From assembly GCF_964213995.1 (NCBI RefSeq), contig NW_027590123.1, positions 2,356,001 to 2,420,000 of the forward strand: DNA of 64,000 nucleotides, read 5' to 3'. Of this stretch, positions 61,583 through 64,000 are shown in pieces (within the stretch, counting starts at the first letter, position 1; the number at the start of each line of letters is the position of its first letter). The notes beneath the pieces were generated by a model. The model was not told the origin of the DNA. It searched no databases and saw only the letters and a list, made by a program, of their open reading frames with translations. The DNA comes from Mustelus asterias (taxonomy: Eukaryota). Position numbers and translations under genes: made by a program.

Positions 61583-62744
61583 GTTTAATATTCAATGATA
61601 TTCAAGTTACGATAAATGATACACCTCTGTCAGCTCCTGGTGTGATGTTTGGTTTCAGTTTCCCGACTGTAAATCCTCCTCGTCTAAAACCCTGTGAAAT
61701 TGATTTAAAACAAAAAAACAGGAGTGAGAGAGAACCCACAAAAACACAAAGGCAGCTTGGGAAATTGAGCTGAATGAATGTGGTCATTTGTCTGATACTA
61801 ATGAACAGGCTGGATTATCATAAAAACCCAACTGATTCACTGTCCATCAGGGAAAGGAACCTATCACCCAGTCTGGGTCTGTACAGACTCAGGCCTCTAC
61901 TTAAGGAGAGTACAAGACAGTGGGAGAGAATGGGGAGTAATGCAAGAGGTGAGGTTGTGGGGGGATGGGGGAGGTGCTGGTGATGGCAGGAGGAGAGGGA
62001 TTTTACACATCTATAACTCAGCTGGAGCTTTGACAGAATCTCCCAAACCCTCAACTTCCACCACCTGGAAGGACCAGGATCACAAGTGTGAATGAACACC
62101 TCGAAATTCACCTTCAAGTCTCACACACCAGGGGATTTTCACAGTAACTTCATCGCAGTGTTAATATAAACCTACTCGTGACATGATAAACTTTTAAAAA
62201 AAACTTTAAACACACTGTCCTGACTTGTCTGCCATCCAGTACTGGATGAACAGATATTTTATATATTGGGAAGACTGAAGTCACTGGTTTCAGTCTTTGC
62301 TACAAACTTCACTCCCCAGCCACCGACTCCATCTCTCTCCCTGATAATTGTCCGAGGCTGAACATGATTGTTCACAACCATGGTGACATGTTCCACCTCA
62401 GGAATTAGGAGTCGGCCATTCGGTCCATCAGGTCTTTCACCTCTGTCAATGTTTCAAGTCTGGATGACCCTTCTCCAAACAGTCATTCAGACTCGAAACG
62501 TTGGCTCTATTCTCTCTCCAAAGATGCTGTCAGACATGCTGAGATTTTCCAGCACTTTGTTTTTGTTAAACATTCACTTGATTGCAGTTTGCTGTGGGTA
62601 AATCCTCCCCTTCTAACCCATGCAAAATAAGTTTCCAAAACCCATCACTCTCAGTCCAGGATAGAAATTCACAACATTGTGTCTGCCTGCTTTCCGGCTC
62701 AGGATTACTTAAGCTGGGACACATTTTCATTGGAAGCAGATGAG

Positions 62745-63075
62745 AAAATGTTCACTAGGCTGACTCCTGTGATGAGGGGGTTTGGCTTCTGAGGAAAGGT
62801 GGAACAGGTTGGGCCTTGACCCATTGGAATTCAGAAGAATGAGAGGTGATCTTGGTGAAGCATATTAGATCCTGGGGGAGCTTGACCGGGTAGATTCTGA
62901 GAGGATGTTTCCCCTCATGGGGTAATATCGAATTATGGAACAGTTAAAAAATAAGAGGTCTCTCAGTTTACACCATGAGGAGAAACGTATTCTCTATGAA
63001 GATCATTAGTCTTTGGAAATCCCTTCTCCAGTAAGTAGGAGGCTTGGTCATTGAATACATTTAAGGCTGTGTTAA
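62745..63075 (+). mobile_element. Old CR1 3' fragment
   Basis: EFRRMRGDL motif, degenerate. Confidence 0.7.
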
Positions 63076-63875
63076 GTTCATAAGATATTGGAGCAGAATT
63101 AGGGCATTTGGCCCATCGAGTCTGCTCCGCCATTCGACCATGGCTGATATGCTCCTCATTCCCATTTTCCTGCCTTCTCCCCATAACCTGTTAAAAATCT
63201 GTCTAACTCCTCCTTAAACGTACTCACTGTCTCAGGATCCACCACACTTCGGGGTAGCGAATTCCAGATTCACAATCCTTTGGGAGAAGTAATTTCTCCT
63301 CAACTCTGTTTTAAATTTGCTGCCCCTTATCCTAAGACTATGAGCTCTCATCCAAGAATACCCCACAAGAGGAAGCATCCACTCCACGTCTACTTTATCC
63401 ATACCTTTTATCATCTTGTGTACCTCAATTTGATCTCCCCTCATTCTTCTAAATTCCAGAGAGTATAGGCCTATCTCTCTTCATACGACAAACCCCTCAT
63501 CTCTGGAATCAATCTAGTGAACCTCCTCTGAACTGCCTCCAATGCCACGACATCTTTCCTCAAATAAAGGGACCAAAACTATGCACAATACTCCAGGTGC
63601 GGCCTCACCAATGCCTTGTATAGTTCCTTACATTTATATTCTAATCCTTTCGCTATAAATGCCAACATTCCATTCACTTTCTTTATAATCTGCTGTTCCT
63701 GCATGCTGGTTTCCTGTGACGGGTGAATGAGGACACCCAGATCCTTCTGCACTGGAGCACCCCGAAGTCGCTCCCCATTTAGATAATAAGTCGCCTTCCC
63801 AACACTCCAGCCCAGGCAACATGCTGGTGACTCTCCTCTGCACTCTTTCTCGTGCAATCACATCCTTCCTATAGT
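63075..63875 (-). mobile_element. CR1 3' fragment(s)
   Basis: ORFs 63232-63444 and 63579-63857: YKALVRPHLEYC and KTELRRNYFSQR. Confidence 0.85.
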
Positions 63876-64000
63876 GTTCCTCAGTGTTACGTTCTGTCTG
63901 ATTCTGTCAGTTGATGTTTCTGAGATTCACCTTGGGACACTCTCCTACATTAAAGGTCTGATATAAATCAAAGTTATTTTTAAATCACATTGTAACAGAC

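Overview
Repeat-rich, AT-rich vertebrate genomic DNA from a cartilaginous fish (shark), judged from HE1-type SINEs, CR1, L2-group, Rex1/Babar and Penelope-like retroelements and shark-type Ig sequences. Main contents: (1) a decaying tRNA cluster in the first 10 kb (Val, Arg-ACG, Arg-CCT and Pro relics) with one apparently intact, intron-containing tRNA-Pro(AGG); (2) a TCR alpha/delta-type V pseudogene with leader and decayed 23-RSS (10.6-11.1 kb, minus); (3) an approximately 12 kb tandem duplication (29.7-42.0 and 42.0-53.0 kb) in which each copy ends in an IgM-type VH. The first VH is a pseudogene. The second is an intact leader+VH already fused in frame to D sequence (V-D-D), followed by a 12-RSS and an unjoined JH with a 23-RSS; (4) no recognisable IgH constant exon in the 10.5 kb after JH, which instead holds degenerate repeats, a Gypsy integrase relic and a 12-finger C2H2 zinc-finger gene on the opposite strand; (5) a young, nearly full-length CR1 LINE and Penelope-type hairpin inserts with minimal hammerhead-ribozyme motifs. 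Most ORFs in the supplied track are retroelement fragments or noise. Repeat boundaries are approximate.
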